A DNA stretch of 64,000 bases from Batkoa obscura (lineage: Eukaryota). Within the stretch, counting starts at the first letter, position 1. The number at the start of each line of letters is the position of its first letter. Positions 1-12,576 of the stretch are shown piece by piece. The position numbers were made by a program, and so were the translations under genes. Where the stretch lies: assembly GCA_030770535.1 (NCBI GenBank), contig JASVEC010000013.1, positions 558,001-622,000 on the forward strand, given 5' to 3'. The notes below the pieces were generated by a model. That model was not told the origin of the DNA, searched no databases, and was given only the letters and a program-made list of their open reading frames with translations.

Positions 1-610
1 CTAAAATCTGTACCACTTTGTTACGAAACTTATCAGTGAAAGGGCCAGGAATTGGTAATTCTCTGGAGTGAAGTAAACTTACTTTCTTATCCTTAAAGTG
101 GCAAGCTATATCACATGCCATTTCTACTCCTACTGCTCCACCACCAACTACTACAATATCTTTAGCCTGTTCGATTTTTTTAGCGTAATCAAGTAACTCT
201 TCTTTAAGCTCAGAGTGATTACTTGCAGCTGGCCAAATAGGTGGACCCCTCAAGTAACCTGTAGCCAAGATTAAGTAATCAAAAGGATCCTGTTGACCAT
301 CTTCGGTGATCAAATGATTTTCAAAGATTTGGGTCACTTTTTTATAAATAAATTTGACCTTCCCATCTTTATAATAGGGTAACTCAGTATGTGGGGTATA
401 TAGTGTTGGACCTAATTTGTCACCGGTTAAACCACGTGTCATACCTATGAGATGTACAAATCCTTGACGTTTATCATATAATCGGATTTCAACGGATGCT
501 TCTGGGTGCTCGCTTTTGTTAGGGTAAAAGAAATTTACCAAATTGTATGCAGCACCTAACCCTCCATAATTCCCACCTACGATTGCAATTCGTGTTATTC
601 CTTTTGTCAT
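1..610 (-). CDS. FAD/NAD(P)-dependent oxidoreductase, AIF-like AMID/AIFM2 family (5' part; continues beyond window start)
   Basis: Manual translation from ATG 610: MTKGITRIAIVGGNYGGLGAA...FDYLILATG...KDIVVVGGGAVGVEMACDI...KKVSLLHSRE. Two Rossmann motifs; frame open to the window edge. Confidence 0.88.
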   Translation of the reverse strand, partial: MTKGITRIAIVGGNYGGLGAAYNLVNFFYPNKSEHPEASVEIRLYDKRQGFVHLIGMTRGLTGDKLGPTLYTPHTELPYYKDGKVKFIYKKVTQIFENHLITEDGQQDPFDYLILATGYLRGPPIWPAASNHSELKEELLDYAKKIEQAKDIVVVGGGAVGVEMACDIACHFKDKKVSLLHSRELPIPGPFTDKFRNKVVQIL

Positions 611-1092
611 ATTGATAAAAATTGAGACTAAAAATGATAAAAAAATTTTTTATTTTATAGTGGATTTTATCTGATGAGTCGGATTTAATATTTATTCTTT
701 GTGATCTTGCTGTGGTTCCAATCAGATTCTTCTAAATTGGAACTCGAAATTTTATCTGATTTAATGGTAATCCGGATACTAGTTTGTTCATGTAATGCTT
801 TATTAAGAAATTTATAGGTTTTTTGGGTCTAAAAATAATTTAAATTTTAAAATAATTATTTTTTCTATCTATAACTTTTGAAATCAATGATTTATTATTT
901 TATAAAATAATCAACGAAACTTTGGTAAATGTCTTTATCTATTGATCAGGTTTATTGTTTTAAAATTGTTACGAATTTAATAATATACTATTCCTATTTC
1001 AATATTAAAATAAATAAACTACGGTACTAATAAATGGCAGGATGATTTATTTACTTAAATGGATATATGTCTACTGCTATAAACCTTTTTAT

Positions 1093-2250
1093 TTAAATAG
1101 GTTTATAATCCGGAAGGTCATTCAAAAGTTGTATAAACTGTTTGTAATTAGCTTCAAGTTCTCTTAAATAAGTAACATTCATGTTCTTCATAACAATTCT
1201 GTTTTCAGGTATAGGCTCAACAAAAGGTATGATTTTCTTTTGATCAGAACGTGGTTTAAAGATGGTAATTAATTCCCCAACGATGTATTTAACAGCCAAA
1301 TTAATCTGTCCAAGGATCACTCTAAAATTAAAAAATTCGGTAGTGGGCACAACAATAAACCCTAATATTGTCTTAATACTCTTTGAATTCGCATAATATC
1401 TCTTATATTCATAGCAATAGCCATCACCTTTTGTGTTAAATGTAGTCGCCACTGTTACATTGAGTCCATCAAGTATATCGCTTGGACTAACAGGCTTAAG
1501 TCTATTTAATCCGCTATAGCTATTTGCTAAACTAGGATTACGCAACTGCCACTCATGCCATAAAAGATCAATAAAAGCGTGATGCATATAAAATAATGGA
1601 TCATTAGGTGAAAAGAAATCCGATAAGTCACCTACAGCCCCACCAATATTGGTATGGATGACAGAATGAGGCAGATATTCGACTACATTTCTAAAGGTCA
1701 CGTAATCCTTTGATGAAGCTACCATAGCTTCAATAGATTCTGGTGGGTAAAATGGAGTTATTTTATCTCCTTTATTATAATCTCTCTTCAAGCAATGCCT
1801 TTTTGGTATATTTACCATGAAATTAGCGAAGGGACCGCTGGTTACACAATGCGTGTCTTTGTCGCCATTCTTACCAAAATACTCATCACTAAGTACAATG
1901 GAATTTGTTGGATCATCGGAATCTAAAGACCAATCCCAGTAAGGTAAGATAATACTACTATCAATGGCTTGCAAGTCTTTCTCAAATATGCGAAGATATG
2001 CTCGATGCCATGGGAAAAATGAAGGATTGAAATGGATCTCATTGAAATATGTATTATGAATATTTGAATACTCTGTAAATTTGTTCTTTCCTTTATCACT
2101 GTTTAAGACTTTAATGGCGTTGAAGAACCTTTCTCTTTGATCTTTAGTTAGCTCTCGGATCTCTGGTCTTCTCACTATCTGTTGGCACTTACTTAATACC
2201 AATTCTAATAAGATAATTAAAATGAAGAAACTTTGTAAGGATAAGTTCAT
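1093..2250 (-). CDS. Secreted tyrosinase (type-3 di-copper), 385 aa
   Basis: Signal peptide; VRRPEIRELT start; CuA region HNTYFNEIHFNPSFFPWHR; ILPYWDWS; CuB region PHSVIHTNIGG...SPNDPLFYMHHAFID. Confidence 0.93.
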   Translation of the reverse strand: MNLSLQSFFILIILLELVLSKCQQIVRRPEIRELTKDQRERFFNAIKVLNSDKGKNKFTEYSNIHNTYFNEIHFNPSFFPWHRAYLRIFEKDLQAIDSSIILPYWDWSLDSDDPTNSIVLSDEYFGKNGDKDTHCVTSGPFANFMVNIPKRHCLKRDYNKGDKITPFYPPESIEAMVASSKDYVTFRNVVEYLPHSVIHTNIGGAVGDLSDFFSPNDPLFYMHHAFIDLLWHEWQLRNPSLANSYSGLNRLKPVSPSDILDGLNVTVATTFNTKGDGYCYEYKRYYANSKSIKTILGFIVVPTTEFFNFRVILGQINLAVKYIVGELITIFKPRSDQKKIIPFVEPIPENRIVMKNMNVTYLRELEANYKQFIQLLNDLPDYKPI

Positions 2251-2500
2251 TTTTCTGCTAAATAATTTATGGTTTCTCTCATTGTTATTTATACTTGACT
2301 CATGTTAACATATCATAAAAACTTTAGCACAAATGGCTCTTTGCTGCTTCGACAACAATGATATTTTTTTTTAAATAGACTGAGACATGTTTGTAAAGTG
2401 GCTTATAAAAAATGAAAAGGAACTCAATGTTTAGAATTTTAATTTTAATTTTACTTTAGTAATAGGTTAAAATTTAAATTCTCATGATTATCTAAATTTG

Positions 2501-2542
2501 AAAGATTGTTAGTAAAATTCTTAAACATAAAAATACATCCTC
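2501..2542 (-). mobile_element. Fragment of the GGGG...CCCC MITE
   Basis: aaagattgttagtaaaattcttaaacataaaaatacatcctc is the reverse complement of the MITE 5' ~42 bp. Confidence 0.75.
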
Positions 2543-2751
2543 ATAGGTTGAAGCTGGGTTAATAATAAACCTACAAAAAGAGTATTCGATAACATGATTA
2601 CTACTTCAATAACCTCAGTATTTTAATTATTTTAAAAAAAAGCATGTCAAAAAATTAAATCTCAATTTTAATTTTTGAGATTTTATTGCTTTGTTTTAAA
2701 CTCATTAAAAACAACGAGTAACATAAATCAGAAAACACAAGCCTGTTTTAA

Positions 2752-2995
2752 TATAGGCAGGTAACTTTGTACTGAGATTTTTATGCAGGTTTCAGCAGGG
2801 GTAGCCATCCTAACTTGAAATTATGTAAAGAAATTTTACAGAAATAAATCCTCACCCATAATTTGAATGCTATTGCCTCGCTTATTTTATGCTGGCCATT
2901 TTATTTTGGTAAAATTATTTGTATGATTCTGGATTAAAATAGCTACTCCTATTGAAGCCTGCATAAAAACTCCAGCATAAAGATACTTACCTGTA
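2752..2995. repeat. Degenerate inverted repeat (~96-bp arms, ~50-bp spacer)
   Basis: 2752-2848 aligns to the reverse complement of 2900-2995, e.g. tttttatgcagg versus cctgcataaaaa. Mismatches are mostly transitions. Confidence 0.8.
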
Positions 2996-3831
2996 CCAAA
3001 GCCCAATATTAAATGAACAAATTGTTTAAAATTATTACTTTCAGAACTAAGTTTTGATCTTATTAAAAATATTATAAATAGACTACTACAAATCAACCAA
3101 ATGCCACAGTTTTAGTTACTACTTTACTCTTATTACAACTCCGTTTAAAGCTTTATCTATCAGATAATTGAAGTTTGATCTTATGTTGTATTTTATGCAC
3201 TATTTTTTAGTATACCGTGTTTTCATATCATTGTTTATATTTTTTTAATTACCTTTTATATTCAAATGTATGCTTTTAATAATTTTATAGCCTTTAAGAT
3301 AAATTAAAAAGGTTTGTATATATGGGGATATATTTTTTTGTTTTAAATTCAAGGCCTTATGGGCTCGTGGCTACTTTATTCTAAATAGAACTGAGAGTAA
3401 ATTTTATTAATTTAGTAAGTTTTTTCTTGCTTGAGCTATTTTTGCCTCGAAAATGTAGTTTTTTTGGATTTTCCAACTCCTCAGGTTATTTAATTTCATG
3501 GCAATTATCTTATAACCAAAAATTGAAGTTATTTATAAAGTACCTTTACTATAAACTAAGTAAATTATGATAGTATAAAATCGTTTCTAAGCTAATTTTC
3601 TTTTTTTTTAGAGAAAAAATAAGTAGGTTATTGGTTGCAATAACAGATACCTTTTATTTTTAAAAATAATTATTTAGTGCAAAAAAGTTTGCTTGTACCA
3701 GTTTTGTATTCTTAACGGTAAGGATTTGCTTAAGAAAGAGATTACTTCAGAGATAACTTTCTAGTAAATGACAGGATAATTTATTCATTAGTATTTTAAT
3801 TCGTGAATTCAATAAAATAAAATAAAAATAT

Positions 3832-4986
3832 CTAAATAGGTTTACAATCTAGAAGGTCATTTAAAAGCTGAATAAACTGTTTATAATTAACTTCAAGTTC
3901 TCTTAAATAAGTAACGCTCATATTTTTCATCATAGCTATATTTTCTGGTATTAGTTCAACAAAAGGTATGATTTTCTTTTGATTGGAACGAGGTTTAAAA
4001 ATAGTAGCCAATTCATTAACAATAAATTTGATGCATGAATTAATTTACTCAAGGATCACTCCAAAATTAAAACGTTCGGCACCAGGCACAGTGATAAATC
4101 CTAAGATTGTTTTAGTACTCCTAGTATTTACATAGTATCTTTTATATTCATAACAATAGCCACCGCTTTTTATGTTAAAGGTAGATGCTACTGTTACATT
4201 AAGTTCATCAAGTATATCATTTTCAGTAACTGGTTTATTTCCTTTTAATCCGCTATAGCTATTTGCTAAACTAGGATTATGTAGCTGCCACTCATACATA
4301 AAAGATCAATAAAAGCGTGATGCGTATAGAACAATAGGCCGCTAGAAGAAAATGGTTCAGTTAAATCACCAAAATAGCCCCCGATATTAGTATGAATGCT
4401 ATTGTGTAAAAGGTATTCAATCGTCTTATTAAAACTATCGTAGTTCTTTGATGACGCTATAATGGCTTCAGTAAGTTCCGGTGGATAAAATGGGGTTACT
4501 CGTCTACCTCCATTATAATCTCTCTTCAAATGATGCCTTATTGGCATATTTACCATAAAATTAACAAAAGGATCACTGGTCACACAATGCGTATCTTTGT
4601 CTCTATTTCTACCAAAGTATTCATCATTAAGTACTATTGAATTTGTTGGATTGTCCGAGTCAATTGACCAATCTTAACAAGGTAGGATTATACTACTATA
4701 AATAGGCTGTAGATCTTTTTCAAAATTACAGAGGTAAGCTCGATGCCATGAAGAGAACTGGGCTGTTATGGATATCAAAAAACTATTTATTATGTAGAGC
4801 AGAACGCCCGATAAATATATTATTCCCTTTATAACTATTTAAAATTTTTACGGTGTTGAATAATCGCTACCTTTGATCCTTACTTGATTCCTGTATCTTT
4901 AGTCTTCTTACTATCTCTTAAAATTTTCCTAATGTTAGCTGAGTCAAGACGAAAAATATTAAATACACTTCTATAATAAAGTTCAT
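3832..4986 (-). pseudogene. Tyrosinase pseudogene, tandem paralogue of 1093-2250
   Basis: Colinear with the intact gene from ATG 4986 to TAG 3832. In-frame TAA near 4675 (PYWDW to PC*DW), frameshift near 4299, further stop at 4045. Confidence 0.92.
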
Positions 4987-6208
4987 TTTCTATCAAATAA
5001 GTTTTAGTTCCTTCTATTACTATTTATACTTAACTTCTAATGAAATATTAAAATAGTAACCTCAGCACATATGCATCTTTACTGCTTTGATTGTAAAGCC
5101 TTCCTTTTATTTAACGAGCTATGTATAAATTAAGCTCAATATAAACTAGCTTAAACCCAAGGTTCAATTTTTTCCAGTTTTGATAATGCAAATGTTTAAA
5201 TTGGGGGCCACCAGCACTTCAAAATAGTCGCTTTTTTGTTTATTTTAAATAACCATGCTGGACTGTTTTTTGTCTTAGTACTTCTTGCATTATAATATTT
5301 TCAAATTTTACTTTAAAAATGGTCAAATAAATAAAGCAAAAATAGTATTTACATTTGTCCTTTAAGTTAATAAAGATTAATGTCTAGTCGTAATAACTTC
5401 GCTATATTTTAAATGATATTTACATATATATCAATCATATTTTAAAAACTAAATGTACAAAATTTATTTATTTACAAATTTAATAATGAATAATAAAACC
5501 ATTAGTTTTATAAATTACAAGATTGAAATTTGACTAGTATTTTTTTAAATTTTATGCTGCATAGAAAATAAACAAAAAAAATGAATTGGAAAATCCGATT
5601 TTAAATTAGCGCAGATTTTAAACAATCAATATTGATTAAATCGTTATAGATCATTATTTAAATCATAAAAAAGAATGTTTATTCTTAAAGCTTGATAATA
5701 ACTTTCGGTACGATAATTTTTAGAGACTGTGGTAACTTGAAGGTTTTTAAAAAATTAAGTGTCACTATGAGCTAATTAAAGTTTGCTTTTTTAGAAAAAT
5801 AACCGTTACTTTTGATTTATAAGAAAGTTGATTTTATTCTTTCAAAGCAGAATTATATAGTAATTGCTAGTATAAGATTTATAATCTCTCCTACAATTTA
5901 ATATCTGGTATATTATAATACTTATCTGCTAAAACCCTAAAAAATATATCGCTTTCACTTCCACATCTTTAAGCCTATCAATCATCACTCAAACTTTAAA
6001 CTTAGCATGCCCCATCTTCAGAAAATGGACAAATTTACAACCAATTGATTGGTTCTCAGTTTTATTACGCTCAAATCTGAATTTTAACATCAATCATAAA
6101 AAATATTGAAACTCAACAAATTCTGTTTTTTTAGCTTTAAAATTTTAAATGCTAATAATTAACCAACTTTAATATTAATTTAATAATAACATAAAGCAAT
6201 AAGGGAAT

Positions 6209-9200
6209 ATGTTTAAAAAAAGCAATTTAACGATATCTACCCCAGATACTAATGAGGTCACTGGTAAGTGGTTTAGGCGATTCTATAGATTAATAATTAA
6301 ACAAATAAACCATTTACTAGGTCTTTCCGGTCGTCATCGTTTACAAAAAACAAAACAAAGTCCGAGAAACGCTCGATATTTAAGAACAGGAAGTTGGGTT
6401 GATGTTGAAAGGAAAAATCTACAAGCTTATGAATATTTATGTCATATTGGTGAAGTTAAAGAGTATGTTTTATTATTATTTGATATTCATTCTTAGCCAT
6501 TTTGGAATATTTATGTTAATATTATTAAATTAGATGGATTGAAAAAATTATTGGCGAAGAAATAGCACCTATTACTTCTTTAGATGAAGATATTAGAAAT
6601 GGTATTGTCCTGGCTAAATTGGTTAAAAAATTTGAACCGGACTGTGTAAAAAGGATATTTGAAGTAAGTTTTATTCACAAAAAGAAACAGCTTATTTCCA
6701 ACTTATATTAACCTAATTATCTAGGATAAACGTTTACAATATCGTCATTCTGATAATATCAATTATGTATTTTCAGCATTAAATAAGATTGGATTACCAG
6801 AAAATTTTAAGTTTGAGTTAACGGATTTATATGATAAAAAAAATATACCCAAAGTTATTTATTGCTTACATGCGTTAAGTCATTTATTATATAAACGTAA
6901 ATTGGCCCCAAGTATTAATAATTTAATTGGTTATTTACAATTTACGGATGAACAAATTCACATAACTCAAAGACAATTAGATAATTCAGGGGTAGCTTTA
7001 CCACAGTTTAAAAATGTGAGATCCCAATTAGCTAAGGAAATGAATGAACCATTGACTAAATCCTTTGTAGAATATGATATTCAACAACAAACAGATAGTT
7101 TAAAAAAAGTTCAAGGTGTTATGAGAGGTTATTTAGTGCGTAAAGATTGGATGAAAAGAGAAGAACTAATTGAAGATAAGGTTATTTCACTTCAGGCAAT
7201 TAGTAGAAAAGTATTGGAAAGAAAAAAATACTTGCATAAAGTTAATGAAATAAAAACTCAAATTGAACCAAAAGCAGTTACTATTCAAGCACTTTCTAGA
7301 GGTTTATTAAGTCGTAATAATTATTTACATAAAAAACAACAAGTTAGTGAAGTTGCTGAGAAAATTACTAAGGTATGTATTTTAAAACAATCGTTTTTAA
7401 TAATATATTAAATTTTTTATATTAGTTACAAGCCCAAGCTAAGGGAGTAGCAGTACGCTTAATATATTCCGAAAAATTAAAAGTAATACAAAGTCAATCA
7501 GCCAGTTTACCCGAGCTTCAAGGGCTATGCAAAGGAGTATTAACTAGAAAAAAAGTAAATTTAGTTAAATCTAGTTTAACTAGTGAAACCGTTAATAACA
7601 GTGTTTGCTCATTACAAGCATTAATAAAATCCAAACTAGTACAAAAAGAACATCAATTAAAATTAAAATCTATTAATGAAAAAGAAAATACAGTTGTTTC
7701 TTTACAAGCGCTTTCTAAAGCGGTATTAGCTAGAAGAAAGGATAAAGAGATTAAAGCTGAATTGAAAGTGAAGACTAATAATGTACAAAATATACAATGT
7801 ATTGCTAAAGGATATTTAACAAGAAGAAAATTTGTAAAAGCTAAAGAAGAAATAACCGCTTCTAAAGAAGATATAATTAACTTACAAGCCATTATTCGAG
7901 GCCATTTAGCTAGGAAAGAACAAAGTCATAAAATGGATGAATTAAAAATGAATGAAAATAAAATCATTGATTTACAAGCCATGTGCAAACGTCATTTAAC
8001 TACAAAAGCCTGGATAGAAAGACAAGAAATATTAAATAATAATTATGAAAAAATTGAATTATTACAAGGCTTAGGTCGTGGTTTATTAGTTAGAAATAAA
8101 TGGACTAAAAATTTAACTTTTTTAAATGAACAAGAAAGTAAAATTTGTCAAATTCAAGCTATGGCTAGAGGATTTATTCATCGTAATCAAGCTAATGCTA
8201 GATTGAATCATTTTGAACAACATGAAGATACAGTTATTAAATTACAATCTATTTTTAGAGCTAAAATGGCCAAAAGAGCTTATTATGATATTGGTAAGGA
8301 TAGCATTGATTTAATTAGATAGTATTAATACATTAAATTTGATTAGCAATGAAAGAAAATCCACCTGTAGCAGCAATGAGAAACTTTTTGTATTTGTTGG
8401 ATGACACAGATGCTGATTTTACAGCCGAATTAGAATTGGAAAAACTACGACAAAAAGTAGTACAAACAATAAGATCTAATAAAACAACAGAATCAGAATT
8501 AAGTGAGTTAGATATTAAAATAGCTTTATTAGTCAAAAATCGAATTACATTAGATGAAGTAGTAAATTCCAGTAAAGGATTGTTTCAATCTAAAAGAAAC
8601 TCATTTGCATTAGATGGAAGTGGTAGTTTTAATTCATTTGGTTCAATGAGTAGTACAAATGTATCAATTTCAGGCTTTTCATTAAAAAGTTTAGATAAAG
8701 AATCAAGAATGAAATTAAAAAATTACCAATCGTTATTTTATTTATTACAAATACATCCAGTTTATTTAGCTAGATTATTAGTTTATAATAAAAATCAAAT
8801 GGGGGATCGAGGTAAAAAATTTATTGAAACAATTGTTTTGACCCTTTTCAATTTTGCTCAAAATAAAAGAGAAGAATATTTATTATTAAAATTATTTAAA
8901 GTAAGCTAATAATAATAATAATATTTTAGTATTAATACTTTAATTATTATAGCAAGCTATTGATGAAGAAATTAATAGCGTTAATAAAATTGAAGAATTT
9001 TTAAGAGGCAATCCAGTATTTATTCAATTGGCAGTTCATTATAATCGAGGTGCAAAAGAAAGGAAATATTTAAGAGATTTACTTCAACCTTTAATTAAGC
9101 CTATATTAGAAGATAAAGATTTGGATTTAGAAACAGATCCTGTTTGTGTAAGAATTTTTAACAATTACTATAAAATAATTGTAATAACAATTCATTAATC

Positions 9201-11351
9201 ATAACTTAAATTATTTTAGATTTATCGAGGAGTAATTAGAGAAGAAGAATCTAAAACTGGGACAAAATCTAAAAAGAAATATAATGTTTCTAAACAATCT
9301 GCTTTAAATGATCCTGAAACAAAGGCTGCTTTTATTAAACGTAAGTTTATTTATTTTTATGTAATGATTTATGTGTTTATATTTTGTTTTTAGATTTACA
9401 ACAACTTCGTTCAATTACTTCTTCTATGATTGATGCCATTTTAGATTCGTTAGATTCTATGCCTTATGGTGTTAGATATATTGCTAAAGAATTAAAAAAA
9501 GCATTGATTGTAAATAATTTTATTTAAAAGATATTATATAAATGATTAATAATGTTTTGTTATAGGCTAAATTCCCTGAAGAAAGACCAAATACAATTAT
9601 TAAAGTAGTAGGACATTTGGTTTACTATAGATATATTAATCCTGCTATTACGTAAATTTAAAATTGAGTTTTATATGTATTTTGTTTTTAATAATATATT
9701 ATTTAGAGCACCGGAATTGTTTGATGTCATTGAAACTGTAATTAATCCAATACAAAGAAAAAATTTAGCTGAAGTAAATATTAGAATATTATATTAGAGA
9801 TGATGTAGTTAATCAATGTATTTTTTTAGATTGCCAAAATGTTAAATCAAGTTTCTATGGGCAAATTATTTTCAGATGAAAATATCTTTTTACAACCCTT
9901 AAATAACTTTATTGGTTTTACAGCTGAAAAATTTGCTCGTTATTTTGAATCAGGTAAATTTAATAGAATATAGTATAATTAAATAAATTAGTACTAATAA
10001 TTCATTTTTATATAAATAGTAACTGAAGTAGATGAGCCAGAAATCGTATTTGACATTGATGAATATTTGGATCAAGTAAATACAAGAAAACCAACAATTT
10101 ATATTTCATATAATGAAATTATTTCTTTACATCGTTTAATTCATGAAAATGCAGATATAATTGCAGTAGATGAAAATGACCCTATTCATAAAATACTTAA
10201 TGAATTAGGTCCTGCTCCTCAATTAATGAATTTTGATGACCGTACACTTGGTAAAGAAATTGCTTTAGTATTAACCGATCCTTTAACTAGTAATAATCGT
10301 AAGTTTAACTTTATTAATTGTTTAATGGTAATTTATTTCATTTTATTTTTTAAATTAGAAAAAGCTGAAATTGCCCAACAAATCTTTTTAGAAACTAAAA
10401 GACAGGTATTATATGTTATTAAAGTACAATCTGGCCAAACACTTCATAGTATATTATTAAAAGAAGTGTCAAAAGAAGAAGAAATTAAATATTCTATAAT
10501 ACTTGATGAAGAAATATCAAATAATGAAAAAATTAATGATTCACCATCACCTTCCGAATCGTCCTCTAGTTCCATTGATCTTTTAACTTCTGATTTTTTG
10601 GCTAATTTAAGAAGGTAATAATTTAATTTAATTTAATATTAATTCTTATATAATATCAATAATTTAATCTATTTTAATTAGACTTACTTTAACACAACTT
10701 AAACAACATATCTTAAAAAATATGGAAGATTTAGAATCTTATGGATTAGTATCAAAAGAAGATGGTTATCAATCGATTGTCAATGCCATTGCAAAAGATA
10801 TTAAAAATAAACATCAACGACGCCAACAAAGATCAGAAGAATTCCGTAAAGTCCGACAAACCTTAGTGAATTTGTCTGAAATCAGTAATTTTTTATTAGA
10901 ACAAAAAAAATCTTACCACTCTTACATTTCCACTTGTATGTCCAATCTACGTGCTGGAAAAGCACAAAAAAAACATCGAACAAGACCATTTTCACAACAA
11001 TATTTTCATGTTAAAGGTTTACAACGATCTGGTAAAATGCCTAAATTTGGATCTTATAAATATAAAGCCGATGAATTATATAAAAGAGGAATATTAGAAT
11101 CAATTGCCAAATTTAATCCAAATGATTTTGGTAAAATGTCATTAACTATTTCTTCAGATGAAATGGGTGTATTCCATGTAGAAGCAGCTTTACATGGGTT
11201 GAAGATTCCTAATGCTAAAGTGGAGTTAAGGTTTGATGAATTATTACAAGCTCAGTTCGATAATGTTACAACATTGTCACTGTTTGATGAACAAGTCAAG
11301 GTCAATGTTAATTTATTGTTATATTTGATTAATAAGAAGTTTTATACGTAA
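6209..11351 (+). CDS. IQG1: IQGAP (Iqg1/Rng2-like): CH domain, IQ repeats, RasGAP-related and RasGAP_C domains; about 14 introns
   Basis: LQAYEYLCHIGEVKE, LQYRHSDNIN, FELTDLYDKKNIPKVIYCLHALSH; many LQA..RG.L.R IQ motifs; LDIKIALLVKNRI; REEYLLLKLF; C-terminal KVNVNLLLYLINKKFY. ORF pieces are joined by GT-AG introns. Confidence 0.95.
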
Positions 11352-11478
11352 ATGGGAGAGTTGATGGAAAATAGGGGAGTTATTTAATAATAAACATAGT
11401 AATAATTGGATATCTAATTGAATTTTACGATTTTGATTTTGGTTTTTTGATTTGTTGATTTTTGTGATTTTAAAAAAT

Positions 11479-11530
11479 GGTCCTGTGGCCCAATGGACAA
11501 AGCGTCTGTCTGTCTACGCAACAGAAGATT
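11479..11530 (+). pseudogene. tRNA-Arg(ACG) pseudogene, 5' portion
   Basis: GGTCCTGTGGCCCAATGGACAAAGCG then TCTG TCTGT-CT-ACG-CA-ACAGA AGATT. Has a 4-bp TCTG duplication and lacks the T-arm and 3' acceptor strand. Confidence 0.8.
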
Positions 11531-12266
11531 AATATCATAAATTTATTCAAGGGAAAGTAATTAAGAAAAAGCCCCATATTTTTATCATTTTTAAAGTAGT
11601 TACCATAATGGGTGTATATAACCTCTCAGCTTATCTCCCAGATTTGGAAAACTCATACTTTTCAAATTGGAAAGTAGTCAGAGAATTCAATCTAATTTAA
11701 ATTTATGTCATTTTCCTCAGAAGCTAGTATCTTTTGAATTTTTAATACTTTATTTAGATTATTGAATAATCTTATTATTAATTATACTAATTTTATTAGC
11801 TAGTGTATTTTATTATTTCATTCATTTTATTCGCAATGCCCAACCATTTTACTATTTATGATACTATACTAACAATTAGTATCTTTATTATTTTGGTACT
11901 TTGTTACTAATTTTTATTTCATTTTCAAGTATTTTATTTACATTTTTCAACATCAATCTTGAATTATATATTATTTCAATTTTCAATTACTATTTTACAT
12001 TCGTTATATAAAAAATCAAGCAAAAGTTTACCATCAAAGCAATAATTTATATCAAATTCAAACTAAAATATTGAATCATAATCTAAAAACGTACCATTAG
12101 AACTTGTTAGGAAGATCTATAGCTATTGGAAGTTGCTACTTACTAGTAACTGAACACGGAATTTAATTTGAGGGATTAAATGGATACAGTTATTATTTGG
12201 GGTACACCTTCGTGGTTGGGCTAAAAGATGTTTGGATATCTCCAGGAGACTGAAACAATATACAGG

Positions 12267-12312
12267 CTGTCCATGGAACAGAAATTTCTGGGTTCGATCC
12301 CTGGCGGAATCA
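12267..12312 (+). pseudogene. Degenerate tRNA 3' portion, Arg(ACG)-like
   Basis: CTGT-CC-ATG-GA-ACAG AAATTT CTGGG TTCGATC CCTGG CGGAATCA gives anticodon arm, T-arm and 3' acceptor strand. No D-arm upstream. Confidence 0.7.
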
Positions 12313-12576
12313 TAAATTGGCTAAGTTTACTTTTAGGGCAATTAAGTTTTTGTTCACTTTTCATGGTATCAATTTTAAAAAACATAATCAAAACTGCTGT
12401 AAAAGTGAGAGAAGTTATGTTGGAAATAGCCAATCAATATATAACTAGTTTTGAGCCATCACTATTTTAAACCTCCAATAATTCAGTACGTTTATTTTTT
12501 TTAATATGAAATTTCCAACTTCACAATAAACCCCAACTAATAATAAATATTAATTAAAAGGAACAATATTACAATA

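Noticed and set aside
6209..11351. Separate genes for each IQGAP ORF fragment
   Set aside because: GT-AG introns join them into one colinear IQGAP.
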